Below are positions 45,008-56,855 of a stretch of DNA of 64,000 bases, one piece after another (position 1 is the first letter of the stretch; each line of letters opens with the position of its first letter). Made by a program: the position numbers and the translations under genes. Source of the DNA: Minutocellus sp. GHC0000111 (lineage: Eukaryota); NCBI GenBank assembly GCA_977018835.1, contig OZ361259.1, positions 1,364,001-1,428,000 of the forward strand. Direction: 5' to 3'. A model generated the notes under the pieces. It had not been told where the DNA came from. It worked only from the letters and a program-made list of their open reading frames with translations, and did no database searches.

Positions 45008-46093
45008 TTATCCCAAATGGGCAACGTAGATGAATCTGATATGGCTCGCTTCGATCTCTTCCTCCGTCATTGGCTTCGGCAGACTCAGCTGCGCCTGACG
45101 TCGTTTTCGTACCTTTCTCCCCTTGCTCGCGAAGGTCGCGTCGCCATCCCGATCGTTATTGCTATTATTTTTCGTCCTTGGTCGACATTTGGACGCATCG
45201 TTGGCATATTGCATCTGCCCCTTCACCATTGCCTTTAGGCTGTCCTCAAGCGCATCAGCTGCTTCTACTGAAATGGATTTGTCGCCTGTTAAGCCATTGT
45301 CGCCCTTCTTGCTACTTCCACCTACGATCCGCAAGGCACGGGATACCGCCTCCAAGGTCGATGTGCAGTGACTTGCCGGCTCTTGTCGGATGGGATCGAA
45401 CAACGATTCGGTGTCTTCTGTGAACATGTATTGTGGCAATCGTTGTAGACACGGCGATTGCTGAAAGATGTTTTGAGTCTGGGCCCAGGTTCCGTCAATG
45501 ACAACTAGCGTGATCTTCTTGTTTGACAAAGGAACACTCTCTCCGGACGACATTTTCCCGTCTAATGCAACCTCTCGTTCGTGCAACGGCAGGGCCGTCT
45601 CACCAGGGTAGAGCAATATCACATCCTCCCCCGGCTTGTTCAGGACCTCTCTCAAAGCCTCTGGACATGACGCATGTCCCTGCTCTTCGTTGTCGTCGTC
45701 ACAACCAAATCGAGTCCCCACACATATCGTCACGTCGTCCAAGCACAACCCAATGAGCGGCACCGTGCTGGTCCGCTTCCGTTTCCGTGCCTCTCGAGGA
45801 TGTTGCAATATCAGCACACGAATGTTGGGCAGAGCGATGGGCCCGTCGCGTGGGAGCGCATGGCAGAGGCAGGTGGGTGCCGGCCTTTGACATCGAGGAC
45901 AGTATGACCGGTACGAAGGTGGCGATGAGCTCTCGCCCACCACAGCATTATCACTGTTTGTTCCTGCGCCCCTTGATGTCAGAAGACGATTGGATGCTGC
46001 TGATGATTCAGAGTCCAAATGCCATGATGATGACGAACGTCGACTCGCAATTCCATATTTCGTGCTGGTAGTGAATCCATCAACTTCGCACAT
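45008..46093 (-). CDS. DTW-domain tRNA-uridine aminocarboxypropyltransferase (DTWD2/TapT-like)
   Basis: CPRCQRP...CLC, ILQHPRE, LLYPG, VIDGTWAQ, IRQEP...TSTLEAV. Start uncertain. Confidence 0.88.
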   Translation of the reverse strand: MCEVDGFTTSTKYGIASRRSSSSWHLDSESSAASNRLLTSRGAGTNSDNAVVGESSSPPSYRSYCPRCQRPAPTCLCHALPRDGPIALPNIRVLILQHPREARKRKRTSTVPLIGLCLDDVTICVGTRFGCDDDNEEQGHASCPEALREVLNKPGEDVILLYPGETALPLHEREVALDGKMSSGESVPLSNKKITLVVIDGTWAQTQNIFQQSPCLQRLPQYMFTEDTESLFDPIRQEPASHCTSTLEAVSRALRIVGGSSKKGDNGLTGDKSISVEAADALEDSLKAMVKGQMQYANDASKCRPRTKNNSNNDRDGDATFASKGRKVRKRRQAQLSLPKPMTEEEIEASHIRFIYVAHLG

Positions 46094-48469
46094 TTGCGAC
46101 GCGATAGCAAGGATACCTAACGAGGTTCTTCTTGCTCCTCATCGTTCAATAAACTAGCCAGTACTTTACGCCATGAAGTCTCCCTGACGAAGGCTGACCT
46201 TTTTTTGAAAATGACGAAATGCAATGCGCCAATGTTAAGGCCGATGACGGACAGACCTAAAACTCCACTTACTTACGCACTCCTCAATAGAAGATTTGGT
46301 CGTTTTTCTGAACTCTTTCCCCTTTGAGGAGTACCTCAGCCGGAATGTGGAATCCACCCAAACTCCACGCATCGACGAGCACCACATTCCATCCCCAGAC
46401 GACTACCAAAATGGTATACAACCACTATGTCCGCCTCAGGACATCTTCTCTGTGTATATGTCGTAGCCATTGAGTCGTCATTCTGAGCCTCTCATTCCTG
46501 AAACTCGCGAAATTCTACTATCGGCGTTTGTATCCGGCCGACCTCGACCTCCGAAACGGCTACAATTGCACAGAAAAGTAACGGCGACATCGATTTGATG
46601 GGAGTTTGTCCACGTTGGACGGCTTGGTAGGGAGGTTTGATGTAGGTACGGGGCGGCGACATGGCAGTGTTATTGAGTTCGGACCCATAATAGTCGCAAA
46701 ACGCCGATGCCCTGCCAAAATTCAACAATCAGACTGGGTCGCCAAAACGGTCCTCAATGTCAATTTGGCCTCATTGCTCGAAAAAATCCGCTTGAAGTTA
46801 TTACATAACTTTTGATATTTCGCTCCTATGACTCTACTAAAGTGACCGATATGCTTCTTCTGCTGTTTGCGTGTCAGTAAGCGGGCCATTTAGTTGGGGC
46901 TTTGTTGATTTGCCGTGAATTTTCCGGTGTTGGGACAGGTACCAAAATCAGATGAGGTACAATAGTTCTTGAAATTGAGCCATGGGGTGCTGAATCTCGT
47001 TCTCAATCCTGCCAATGCATGTACTAAAGAATGGAAGCGCGTGTGTTGATTGTTGAGTTTATTTTGGCAACCCACTGCATTCTCACTCAATGACTAGTAA
47101 AGCCAGAACCTCCAGACTCTCCTTAACTTCTCCACCGCGATGCCACTTTCTCAATAGGCATGCCTATCAACGCCAAATTGACGATAGCGAGGCTTCCAGT
47201 CGGACGGTATGTACCCACTTTGAGGTCCGATCGCATTTTTCTGGCAATTGGGTTGATAGTTCGGCCAAATTATCTCATGTTGTCATTCTTGGAGGGTGAC
47301 TTTTATTGCACTGGGGGTCAAAAATACAAACATGACAATAGTTTGGGTCCATGTCCGTCCATTCACCATATCATTACCTTATTCCCACCTACATATGATG
47401 TGAGGCGGCTTATTGGAGGAAAGTTTCGCGGGAATGCTGCAAAGATTGACGATTTTATAAGTATCTAAATGCTTCGTGGAGGTCAACGCCAGATTTCGCG
47501 GGGTGCTGATTCAAAATACCGATATTGATACTGAATGAAAAGGAAGATCTACTACTCGACGGGAAGGTCATCAAACGACAGTTCTTGATATACCCGAGCG
47601 ACCTCCATGCTCTTGGAAGGTCCTTTGTGCCAGTGTGAAAAGTAATGGAGGCACATCTATGTGAAAATACGACGATTTTATCGCAAGTCTCTGTGGTCGT
47701 CGACCTCCACGAAGAATCAGGGCTTACAACTCAACAAATAATCGCAAACTCAATACCACTCACATAGCGCTGCACCAGAACACATATCTAGTGGAATTTT
47801 ATGGGTAGTAGCTGCTGTAGAATGGCCTGCTTGGCTATTTATAGACGTTACTAATTGCAAAGAGCAAGGTCGGGGCCGGCGGCAGCCCCGTTGCAGCCAC
47901 TAGAGATGATTACGACTACTGAGCTTCATAGAGTGAACAAGTTTAGATCATTTATGAAAAACTAACTTCTTACATACATATATAGTGCGACTAAAGCTAA
48001 CAGAACACTCTTGGTTGCGTCGGCATGCCGATCTACCACCACTCTCCCTTGGCAAGGTTGGTCCTCCTGCCACGCCGCGCCGACCCTCACAAGCAAAAAT
48101 ACTATCCGTTGAGCACAAATCCATAGCCCAAACCTCTGCCTAAGCGCTCACATCACCCTTTCGGTGTATCCACGGGTAACGGAAGGAAAGTGCACTGTGA
48201 ATCTTCCACAACAGGCGAGATTGGAACCCGATAAGGTCGCTCAGAACACCCAAAATCCGCTGTCATCGACCTCCACGTGCTGCTCTGGACATAATTAGTG
48301 ACCAAGCCGCCAACCAAACCTCCGTCAAAGCTCTAGTATACTGGCATGGGATCACATCAACATGACGAAACCAATCTATGCTGGTCTTTTCGCTTGATTG
48401 TCCAGATATCGCCCCCTCCACCTATCCGACAACCCCAAAAATCTCGTTTCGAGCCATTTTTTTGGGCAT

Positions 48470-49410
48470 CTTACTCGACAATCCTCCATACCACTGGCCA
48501 ACTACCCGCGAACTACCGCATCAATGTCATCTAACATACCAACACAAATGATCTGAAAGTTGCAATCCTGGTCTCGAGGCCAGTTTGGCAAGAATCACCC
48601 CCCAAACTGGCACCGAAGGCCAATTGGCTCATTTCTGGACCTGTAGCACGCTCGTTTTCGACACAGCCTATAATTTCCCTTCAAACCACCGCACGAACCT
48701 TCACCCGTGGACCCAAATCGACGATTGATAGAATAAAATCCTGGTCTCGAGGCCTAAAACATGAAATATACTCCAAATACCATATTTTTCGTTTTCCGAC
48801 GATTTTTTGGGGTCGTCGTGATCAAATTCTCGACACTCACGATGAATTCCGTTCAAACCACCACACCAAACTCCACCCATGGACCAAATTGAACGAATGA
48901 TATGGTTCAACTGGGGTCTGGAAGCTGTATCTGAGGAAATAGACACCAAAAACTGTTTTGGCGGGAAATTTGCCAAATTTTAGGGACGAAACATGCGAGT
49001 TCTCGACACTCGTTGCAAGTTGAGTGTTGGTTCCTTGACAACAGCCTGCCCGTGAATAATACAAATCGAACGAACACGACTTATCCGGGGCACGAAGCTG
49101 TACCTGGCGAGATAAACGCCAAATACCTCTTTTTGCGGCAAATGTCGGATTTTGGCCCAATTTCGGCAGTAAAGCATGTGAATTCTCGACACTCCTTGCA
49201 AATCGAGTGTTGGTTCCTTGACAAGAGTCAAGCAATGGACTATGCGGATCGAATGAACACAAGTTTTCCGGGACGCGAAGGTGTATCTGACGAGATATTA
49301 GCCAAATACCTTATTTTTGACGACTTTTCAGACTTCGCCATTTCTGACGCCCAACGCGTCGGTTTTTGTGAGCGCATGCGCCCATCTTTGCAAGTTGGTG
49401 TTTATTGACC
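48470..49410. repeat. Degenerate tandem array, ~172-183-bp unit, at least 5 copies
   Basis: TCGACA anchors at 48475, 48658, 48830, 49003 and 49186; AATCCTGGTCTCGAGGCC at 48564/48737; TTCAAACCACC at 48680/48852. Confidence 0.75.
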
Positions 49411-49699
49411 GCACACCACGCTCCCTTGGGACCATAAAAGGCTGGTTATCCTGGTGAATGCAGGGAGATATGTTGTTTGGTGCCATTGCGAGGGGTATCA
49501 TGGTCGAGTGGGAGGGCAAATTTGCGTTTTGGTGGCGGTCAGGGATTTGATCCCGAATTTCGACGATTCGGGACCAAAAGAAGCCCCTGCATTCTTGAAA
49601 AGAGGGGCAAAAGCTGCTGCTCCCTTCATTTTACAACAAGCAACCAACCACCCCTCACTTCTCACCACTCAGCACCACAATAAAAGCTTGGTCCAAGCC

Positions 49700-51001
49700 A
49701 TGAGCTTCGCCCCAGCCGGAAGCAGAAGTGGCACGGCCCGACGCGATGGTCATGTCAGCGGTCTGGCATCTGGGTCCATATCGCGTATCCTGGACGAGGC
49801 TTCGTCCGGTGGCGGCAGAAATCCCAGCCAATCGAGACGACGGAGCCGCTCCACGTCTCCCAATCCGTCTGCGTCAGCCTCAAGTCTAAGTGAGAATACC
49901 GCAGCAAGGAAGTCTGCTGCGTCAGCAGCCACCCAGTTTTGCACATTTTGTTCAAAGCCTGCCGCTTTGACAGTATCTTCCTCACTGGTATCTCGGCCGT
50001 ACTGTTTGACCCATTACTACACGTCACGTGCCGTACGGACGGGTACGACCAACCCGAACAAGATTCACATTATCGGGCCCGACGGTAGCGAGATATTTGG
50101 CATAGACACGACACAAGAAGATTCCGAGTCGCAGCAAAGCGAAATGGCCAAGCAGCTCCCAGCGATGCAGGACATGTTTGCTGAAGCATTTACATCGCTT
50201 CGCGACAGAATTGCCAACAAGCTAAGCGGTGGTGATGTCGGATTTGGAGGAGCTTCGTCTTCATCGACTGGAGTATCGGGAGCCTCTCGCAAGTATGGCC
50301 AAAAGAAAAGTCCAGGAGGAGGTTCTGCCGCTTCCAAGAGAAACTCGCATGATCCTCTTGCTGACCTTCTCGGAGGCCCATCTCCATCCTTCTCTTCCGC
50401 CTCGGCCAAGAAACGAGTCCGGAAGCGACCTCCTTCTGAAAGACCGGCACAGCCCAAAGCACCTGCGACGAGGAACAAGGAAGATAACGAGGGAGGATTT
50501 GTGAGAGACATACAGCTCCCAACCCGCTATGTGGAGCAGCAGCGCAAGATGGCTCAGGCGGAGGTTGCCCAAAGACGGAGATTGATGTCTGCTCCAGGCA
50601 CTGGCAGTACTGTTGGTCGTAAGCCAAAGCCAGCAGGAGGTGCAGCATCAGCTCTGTCGCATGTCGAGACCAATCCCTACAAGAGGCGCAAGCCCAATCG
50701 AAGTTCGATATGGAATCTGGCCATGAATGGCGACAATGCTAGTAGTGCATCGGGTCGGGATCCGGGATCAACAACAGGTGCAGGAGGAGCTGTTAAATCG
50801 TCATGGGATGCTATTGAGCAGTCCATGCGCCCAACCGTTCGGTGCACGTGCGGGAGCACAGACGTATCAAACGATCTCAACATCACTGGTCGAGGCAACG
50901 ATATGCCAAAGGGCGAAACTTGGGGCTCCAAAGATCGTTCCGATGTGGTGGTTCGATATCGATGTGGCCGTTGCGGCAAAACATGGAACGAAGAAGAATA
51001 A
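49700..51001 (+). CDS. Hypothetical Zn-binding protein with C-terminal TFIIS/RPB9-type zinc-ribbon-like domain
   Basis: CTFC...YCLTH near the N-terminus; CTCGS...RYRCGRCGKTW at the C-terminus; GCC-ATG start. Confidence 0.65.
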   Translation: MSFAPAGSRSGTARRDGHVSGLASGSISRILDEASSGGGRNPSQSRRRSRSTSPNPSASASSLSENTAARKSAASAATQFCTFCSKPAALTVSSSLVSRPYCLTHYYTSRAVRTGTTNPNKIHIIGPDGSEIFGIDTTQEDSESQQSEMAKQLPAMQDMFAEAFTSLRDRIANKLSGGDVGFGGASSSSTGVSGASRKYGQKKSPGGGSAASKRNSHDPLADLLGGPSPSFSSASAKKRVRKRPPSERPAQPKAPATRNKEDNEGGFVRDIQLPTRYVEQQRKMAQAEVAQRRRLMSAPGTGSTVGRKPKPAGGAASALSHVETNPYKRRKPNRSSIWNLAMNGDNASSASGRDPGSTTGAGGAVKSSWDAIEQSMRPTVRCTCGSTDVSNDLNITGRGNDMPKGETWGSKDRSDVVVRYRCGRCGKTWNEEE

Positions 51002-51344
51002 GGGCAACGATTGTTTACAACTACGTAGCTCTAGCTAGCTAGTAAGCCAATTTTGAAGCTCCAAATTCCTTCGTACTTAGCTACTACTATGTAAATTTAC
51101 AAGGAGCGCTACGTGTATTGCTTTGCACTAGATGGAAGTTGCGTATATAGCTGATGCACAATGACATTTACTTTTACACACAATATTTACAGACCTACAA
51201 AAATAGAAGGCTGGTACTCTTACGCGATTCCCTCCTATTAGATCTACAAGTTCTTTTGATATATTTGTATGAATTAGAGAATACATGCATGACAACGACA
51301 CGCCAAGATGATGAAAATGTTATGAAATCAATGGTACAGCGCTT

Positions 51345-52001
51345 CTAAATGTGACTGCTCTTGTTCAATCGCTTCTCAGATATGCTCATACCTTTCCTCT
51401 TCTTACGAAATCGATTTGCAGGACTTCCAATGAAGCTAATATTCATTAAAGAGTGAGATCTGATCTTTCCTTTCAAGTTTTGTTCGTTAGGGACAGCAAA
51501 TGTTGTGCCTGAGTCTGTGATTCGGTTGATTTGCACGGTTGGAAATATCATTGGATCCAGTTGCTTACTATCTGGTCTGGCCATATCATTATTCTGTTTG
51601 CTTACAACCCGCACGTGACGACCAGAGCTTTTTACGATCGACTTCACCACCCTTGTGATTCGTCGAGGCGATAGAGGTAGCAACACCACAGGCATATTTC
51701 CATTTATAGATGCCATCTCTTCATCGATATCTCCACAGCGATCAGTTTCATCATAGTCGAGTGATGGCACACTCAAATCGGATAGACGACGATGATCTTT
51801 GGGGATTGTGGTCGACGGATTGCGTCCTCCGCTTGATGCGAGATCTTTCTCATCCGTGTTTGCTGCGCCGTTCGCTACAAACGTTTCCAAAACTTGCGAG
51901 GTTGGAACTTTGTACATGGAGAGAGTATATACGTGGCTGGGGCGGGTCAGCAGATGGGATAAGAAGTGAACGTAGCGAGTTGCCTTGTGCCGAGAAAGCA
52001 A
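51345..52001 (-). CDS. Hypothetical protein, probably the last exon of a spliced gene
   Basis: 218-codon open frame; no family recognised and 5' structure unresolved. Confidence 0.35.
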   Translation of the reverse strand: MLSRHKATRYVHFLSHLLTRPSHVYTLSMYKVPTSQVLETFVANGAANTDEKDLASSGGRNPSTTIPKDHRRLSDLSVPSLDYDETDRCGDIDEEMASINGNMPVVLLPLSPRRITRVVKSIVKSSGRHVRVVSKQNNDMARPDSKQLDPMIFPTVQINRITDSGTTFAVPNEQNLKGKIRSHSLMNISFIGSPANRFRKKRKGMSISEKRLNKSSHI

Positions 52002-52666
52002 ATCTTTTGATTTTGTGACACGATATTGGATACGACCGGCAGCGAAAGAGTAATAGCGCGCAGTAGCAGATCACACAGAGCAAAGCACGGAGACGATCTC
52101 CTACTAGCTAACACAAATAAATAGATATCAAGGCGGGCTTATTTGCCGGCATGTGAGCATTTATTTATGCCTTGCGACCATGACGCGGAGGGAACAGCAG
52201 CTGCCGCGCTTTTTGTGTACGAACAGACCCCAGGCTGTCTTCGCACAGAATGAGCACGTTCATCTACATATGTAGATCTACGCCGGCATGGCAATGCCAT
52301 TCAATTTTAGAATAAATTGTTTAGATATCATCCAAAATAGTACGCCCATATGCCAAATAGCATGACGACGAAAGCGCCAAGAGTGTAGAAAGATGCAGGA
52401 ATATGCCACTTCTCACCAAGTTGCGGATTTTCCGACGAGTAGAAAATAATCAAACCCATTACCCATCCTTCGGATCTTTCCACCGGGGATGATCCATTGT
52501 TTCAACGAATTAATACAGTGACATCACACACTCTCTCCTCCCTCTCCTGCTGTCTTCCTCACTCCTTGCCTGCCCCTTCAGCGGATCGTCTGCCATCTGC
52601 CACCATCCGTCGTCCCAATTGCCAGCCTCCCCGCCTCGACAATAATTTCCCGTTGCTCCCTCCATC

Positions 52667-52798
52667 ATGGGCAAGAAGAGCAAGGCGGCCAAGGCGAAGG
52701 CCAAGAAGCCGTCGGCCAAGTCGGCCTCAACTACGACCGCCCGAGCCAAGTCGACCAGCAATGGCCGTTCAACTACCGCCACTACCGCCACCGCCACC

Positions 52799-52833
<35 letters not shown>

Positions 52834-52972
52834 TACATCGACTGCCTCCACCATCCAGTCCAGTCGTCTTCTACTGGCACCTGCACGTGTCATACCGACG
52901 AGGATGAATGATACACATGCTGTATACATGGGGTTTTATGCTGAAAATATATCGAATGCGAAAATATTCTGA
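52667..52972 (+). CDS. Lys/Ser/Thr-rich ORF or first exon containing (CAG)10 at 52801-52830 read as poly-Ser
   Basis: ATC-ATG MGKKSKAAKAK with coding-like codon use; continuation unclear. Confidence 0.35.
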
Positions 52973-53331
52973 TGTTTGATTTTTGTGAACAGGTAGTAGT
53001 CAGAAAGGCGGTGCAGGTCTCGAGGGCTCCCTATGTGCGGCTCTTTGGTGTCAAGCAAGATTCGAGGGAGGTGACATGGCAGAACTTGGCAAGACATGGG
53101 CGGTTGGCATTGACACTGCGAAAAATCACAAGCCCTCTCTATTAGAGAGTCAGACATGGTATGCCTACCATCATCAATCTTTCATCTTCATTCTCTTCTG
53201 AGCACTTTACTTTGGTATCTTGCTTGCAATCAGATTTCACAGTTGGGAAGAAATCCCGACCCCGTAAATATTCATAGGCTAAGTTTCACTCGGTCTCTGC
53301 TGTGCTCGATCTCTCGTCACAAAAGCAAACG

Positions 53332-54914
53332 ATGACAAGGCGGATACCAAGTGCCGCCGTCGTGGCGGCGTTCCTCCTTGGAACCTGGAGCGTCGATGCC
53401 TTCCAACCGCATGCACGTGTCTCCTCTATGAGACCGTCGCGGGCGCAGCAGAACGGCAGCACGGTCGACATGATTAGCGTATTTGGGAGGGACGTTCAGG
53501 TGAGACTCCTCTTCTCAAAAATGCGAGAGATGGGATTCAAAGGCCCAAAATCAGTTGGTAGGGTGCGTGGTTTTCCGTACAAATTGTACGGGATGGCCGA
53601 AAACACTGACGCGGAGGAAAAAGAGAAGGTCGATGCGGCCCTCTCGGCGTGTGGAAGGGGTTTGGGCGAAGCGACGCGCGCTGTTTCCTGGCTCCTTGGG
53701 CTAGGCTTGGTATATACGAGTTCGTATTTGTTTGCCTTCAAACTTGTGTCGATACGAGGTTTTTGAAGCGATAAATAAAGTATAAGCTGTATCTGCCGAC
53801 GAACATGCATGCCGCTCCCTCTCCCGTACTTTTTGCAGCAACCGAAGCGCTGCTGCTACCTGCCGGTCTGCAGCAGCTCATCTACACAAGACATCTTTTC
53901 ACCATGGACCTCCCTGGCGGACCTCTCGTGTGCGTGCTTGTCATCCTTGCCGCCATATTTGTCCTCTATCAGAACCAAACGATTACTTTCACCCCGTCAC
54001 GATCTTCATCACAGAATTCTTATCTCGTCATCGGCGTATCGGGTGGTCTGCAACATGGCTTCCCAGAGCATAACAAGCTTCACTATACTTCTGGTTCAGA
54101 GGTCGTCAAAGCCATCTACCTCGGCCGGGCGCTGGTTCGCGGCTATCGTGGATATCTCGATGTGATGCAGCCAACTCACCGCCAGTATCATGAAGCTCCC
54201 GCCCGCATCAATAGTAATGTTTTCGCCACCGGTTGCCAAGAGCACGCCAACGAGTACTGGGTGTATGCTGTGGACATACGCCAGGCAATGGGTATACTGA
54301 ACAACGAGCCACGATTCCTATCCATCACGCCTGATACAGGCCTGGTCGATCTAACCGATGCAAGTGGCAAGTATACGACGGAGTTGCTCAAGAACTTCAT
54401 GGGGAATGAGATTCAAAAACAAAACAAGAGCAATGCGAATGTGGTGGCTATTCCACTCGTCACGGCAGTTTGGTTTGATAGTACAAGTCATGTGCCAAGT
54501 CCCGTCATTGAAACGCTGGAAGATGGCACCGAAGTCACCAATTATCCACAGAGTTTGGCCAAGTCGGCACGTTTGGACGATGCATTGCCAAGTCAATTGC
54601 CTGTGGTTAGCAAGGACACGTGCGTAACGAATGAAGATACTAATGAGGAGGAAGCTATAGGATATCATGCCAAGTCAGGACCAGAAAAGGAGCACTGGGA
54701 TAAAGTGCGCAGCAAGATTGAAGATGCGGAGAACAACCGTCCAACGGAAGAAGAGGCGCAAGAATTTGCACCTTGGAATTGGAATTGCAGAAAGAAGGCA
54801 CGATTTGGAGTAGGTACGGACATGGCCCGTGTGAATTATGCCTTTACGGCAAAAGATCTCAAGAAGGCGCTGAAGCTGGCCAAATATGATGACTATGCTG
54901 GTTTATTTGAATAA
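53332..54914 (+). CDS. Hypothetical, probably plastid-targeted membrane protein in two frames (break ~53760-53775)
   Basis: Signal peptide ending VDA-FQP; second ORF 53805-54914 follows closely. The single-gene model is inferred. Confidence 0.45.
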
Positions 54915-54989
54915 TTTTAAAACGTAGCAAGTTAAGAGGTAATCCAATTGTGTAAACATACTGGTTGTAGCGCGGTAGCAGTATATTCT

Positions 54990-56369
54990 TTATGCGGCCT
55001 CATCAATTAGCTTCATCAAAGTGCCTTCTTCCAAGGCAGGAACAAGACCAGGAGTACCGCTGAAAATTCCACCAATGCTTTTTCCTCCTATAAAAATGTG
55101 GGGCAACGATGTTTGTCCCGTCATTTCTCCAAGAGCCGCCCGTTTGATTGGCTCTTCAATCAATCCTGGAATCCATTCTTTGCCCAGACTAATCTCCTTA
55201 TATTTGATGTCAAGGTTGTCCAAAAGATCCGTTGCCTCGGTGCAAAATGGAGAAAGGCTATAGGTGTAGATTACAACGGTGTTGGAGTTGGTTTCGTCCT
55301 CGATTTCGGACTTGGCCTTAGCAATAGCGGCATCATAGGAAGCAGTGTCCTCTCCATTCGCTCCAGCCTGGATTGGTGCCAATTTTTGGTAGATGGGCTT
55401 GAGCAATGGCGTTACAACATCTGATGCACTCTCCAGCAATTCACTCGGCGGCGTCCACAATGCATACGTCTTGTAGAGGTAACGGATGATATCAGCGCTC
55501 TCAAACATGGCTGTATCTGTGTTCTCATCGATCAGATAGGGACATTGCGAAGACCCGCCGGTCATTTGCGCCATCTGTTCACGTCTTGGCGAAGACTTGC
55601 CGGCAGATCGTAATTCATATGGCAGATCCAACTCGGTGAGCACCTCCCGAACCAATCGGCAGAATTGATTGCCCTCGTACGAGTATAAAATCAGAGATTT
55701 TGTCGGACGGGGCACTGGTAATTTTGACGAGGCCGAGGCTGCGCTGCATACCTGCTGTCCTCGACCAGCCCGAAGCAGACCAGGAAGGTAGGATGCAACC
55801 TTCAATGCTGCATCAATAATCTGTTGTTTTGCGTCACTCTCGTCATTATTACTGGAAGACCCAGCTCCCTCAACAGCAAAGGTTTCATCCAGATATGCCA
55901 ATATGTCCTCCGATCCTGCTAAAGTTTTGCCATCCTCCAGGACCAATCGAGGTATCTCCGATCCCTCTGGCAGGGCAAACTCGTACGACGGGTCGACAAA
56001 GACGCGAGAGTTGGGCGCAGCAGGAACCACCGTCTTGACAATCAAATCCAATTCCGAGATCCGTTCTCGGACCAACCGGCAGTCCATGTCGTTCTCCACG
56101 TCATACAAAATAGAGAGTGTGAGGTCGTCGTTAGTTGAACCCTGCATACGCTTGGCATCGGAAGACACAGTGACGCCAAACGGTAGACGGGCGATACTGG
56201 CAAAACCAGATGTGGGCGTATCGATAGAATTGGGAACCGACATGGAAAGAGCTGATGCGGAGGTTGGTCGTCGTTGCTGGATTTGAGGGTGAGGAACGGT
56301 CGAGAATGAGGCGGCTTGCGGCAGTGCAGGCGCCGCCGCCACGATTGCCGCTATCTTCATCACGCGCAT
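54990..56369 (-). CDS. Plastid-type thioredoxin-fold protein: two GST-N-like domains + C-terminal glutaredoxin
   Basis: CRLVRERISELDL, YSYEGNQFCRLVREVLTELDL, QCPYLID...MFESADII, SPFC...GQTSLPHIFIGGKSIGG; presequence AAS-F. Confidence 0.87.
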   Translation of the reverse strand: MRVMKIAAIVAAAPALPQAASFSTVPHPQIQQRRPTSASALSMSVPNSIDTPTSGFASIARLPFGVTVSSDAKRMQGSTNDDLTLSILYDVENDMDCRLVRERISELDLIVKTVVPAAPNSRVFVDPSYEFALPEGSEIPRLVLEDGKTLAGSEDILAYLDETFAVEGAGSSSNNDESDAKQQIIDAALKVASYLPGLLRAGRGQQVCSAASASSKLPVPRPTKSLILYSYEGNQFCRLVREVLTELDLPYELRSAGKSSPRREQMAQMTGGSSQCPYLIDENTDTAMFESADIIRYLYKTYALWTPPSELLESASDVVTPLLKPIYQKLAPIQAGANGEDTASYDAAIAKAKSEIEDETNSNTVVIYTYSLSPFCTEATDLLDNLDIKYKEISLGKEWIPGLIEEPIKRAALGEMTGQTSLPHIFIGGKSIGGIFSGTPGLVPALEEGTLMKLIDEAA

Positions 56370-56855
56370 ATTAATGAACTACACGCAGCCAGTCTACAAG
56401 CGTAAAAGGGAATAATAGTTCGCCAGATGCAGTAGCCGCCGGCGGTGTGGGCCACCGACACAAGATGTGGTGGCCGGCAGCGGCGGTATGACTGGCTGAA
56501 AACCTACTAGCCTACATGTATCTTGGGCGGAGGGGGCTTCAACACCTCATTCATTGATCATTCAGAAGCTATGATTTGTTCTTTTCGACGTGTCGCGCCC
56601 CAACCATGGAGAGCGAGCCCCAAAGAAGCAACGGCGGTTCGTTCCTTCATTTCACTTGGCTGCCGATGCCGACTACCCTCGCCTCTTTCGGTGCCGTTGA
56701 ATGAAACAGCGGCCGCCTAATCCCTGATTTGCGCTGTGGAGAGAGCTGTCCCAGGCGTGTTATCGTCCGTTTGCCCTCTTTCATCATCTTCCAGCGCCAG
56801 CGTCGACTTTCTTGACTTGCCATCATCGTCATCATCGTCTCGGCCAACAGTAGTC

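Noticed and set aside
49013..49408. 131-aa ORF with internal 61-aa repeat
   Set aside because: Starts at TTG and translates two units of the DNA array; other units (172-173 bp) do not keep frame.
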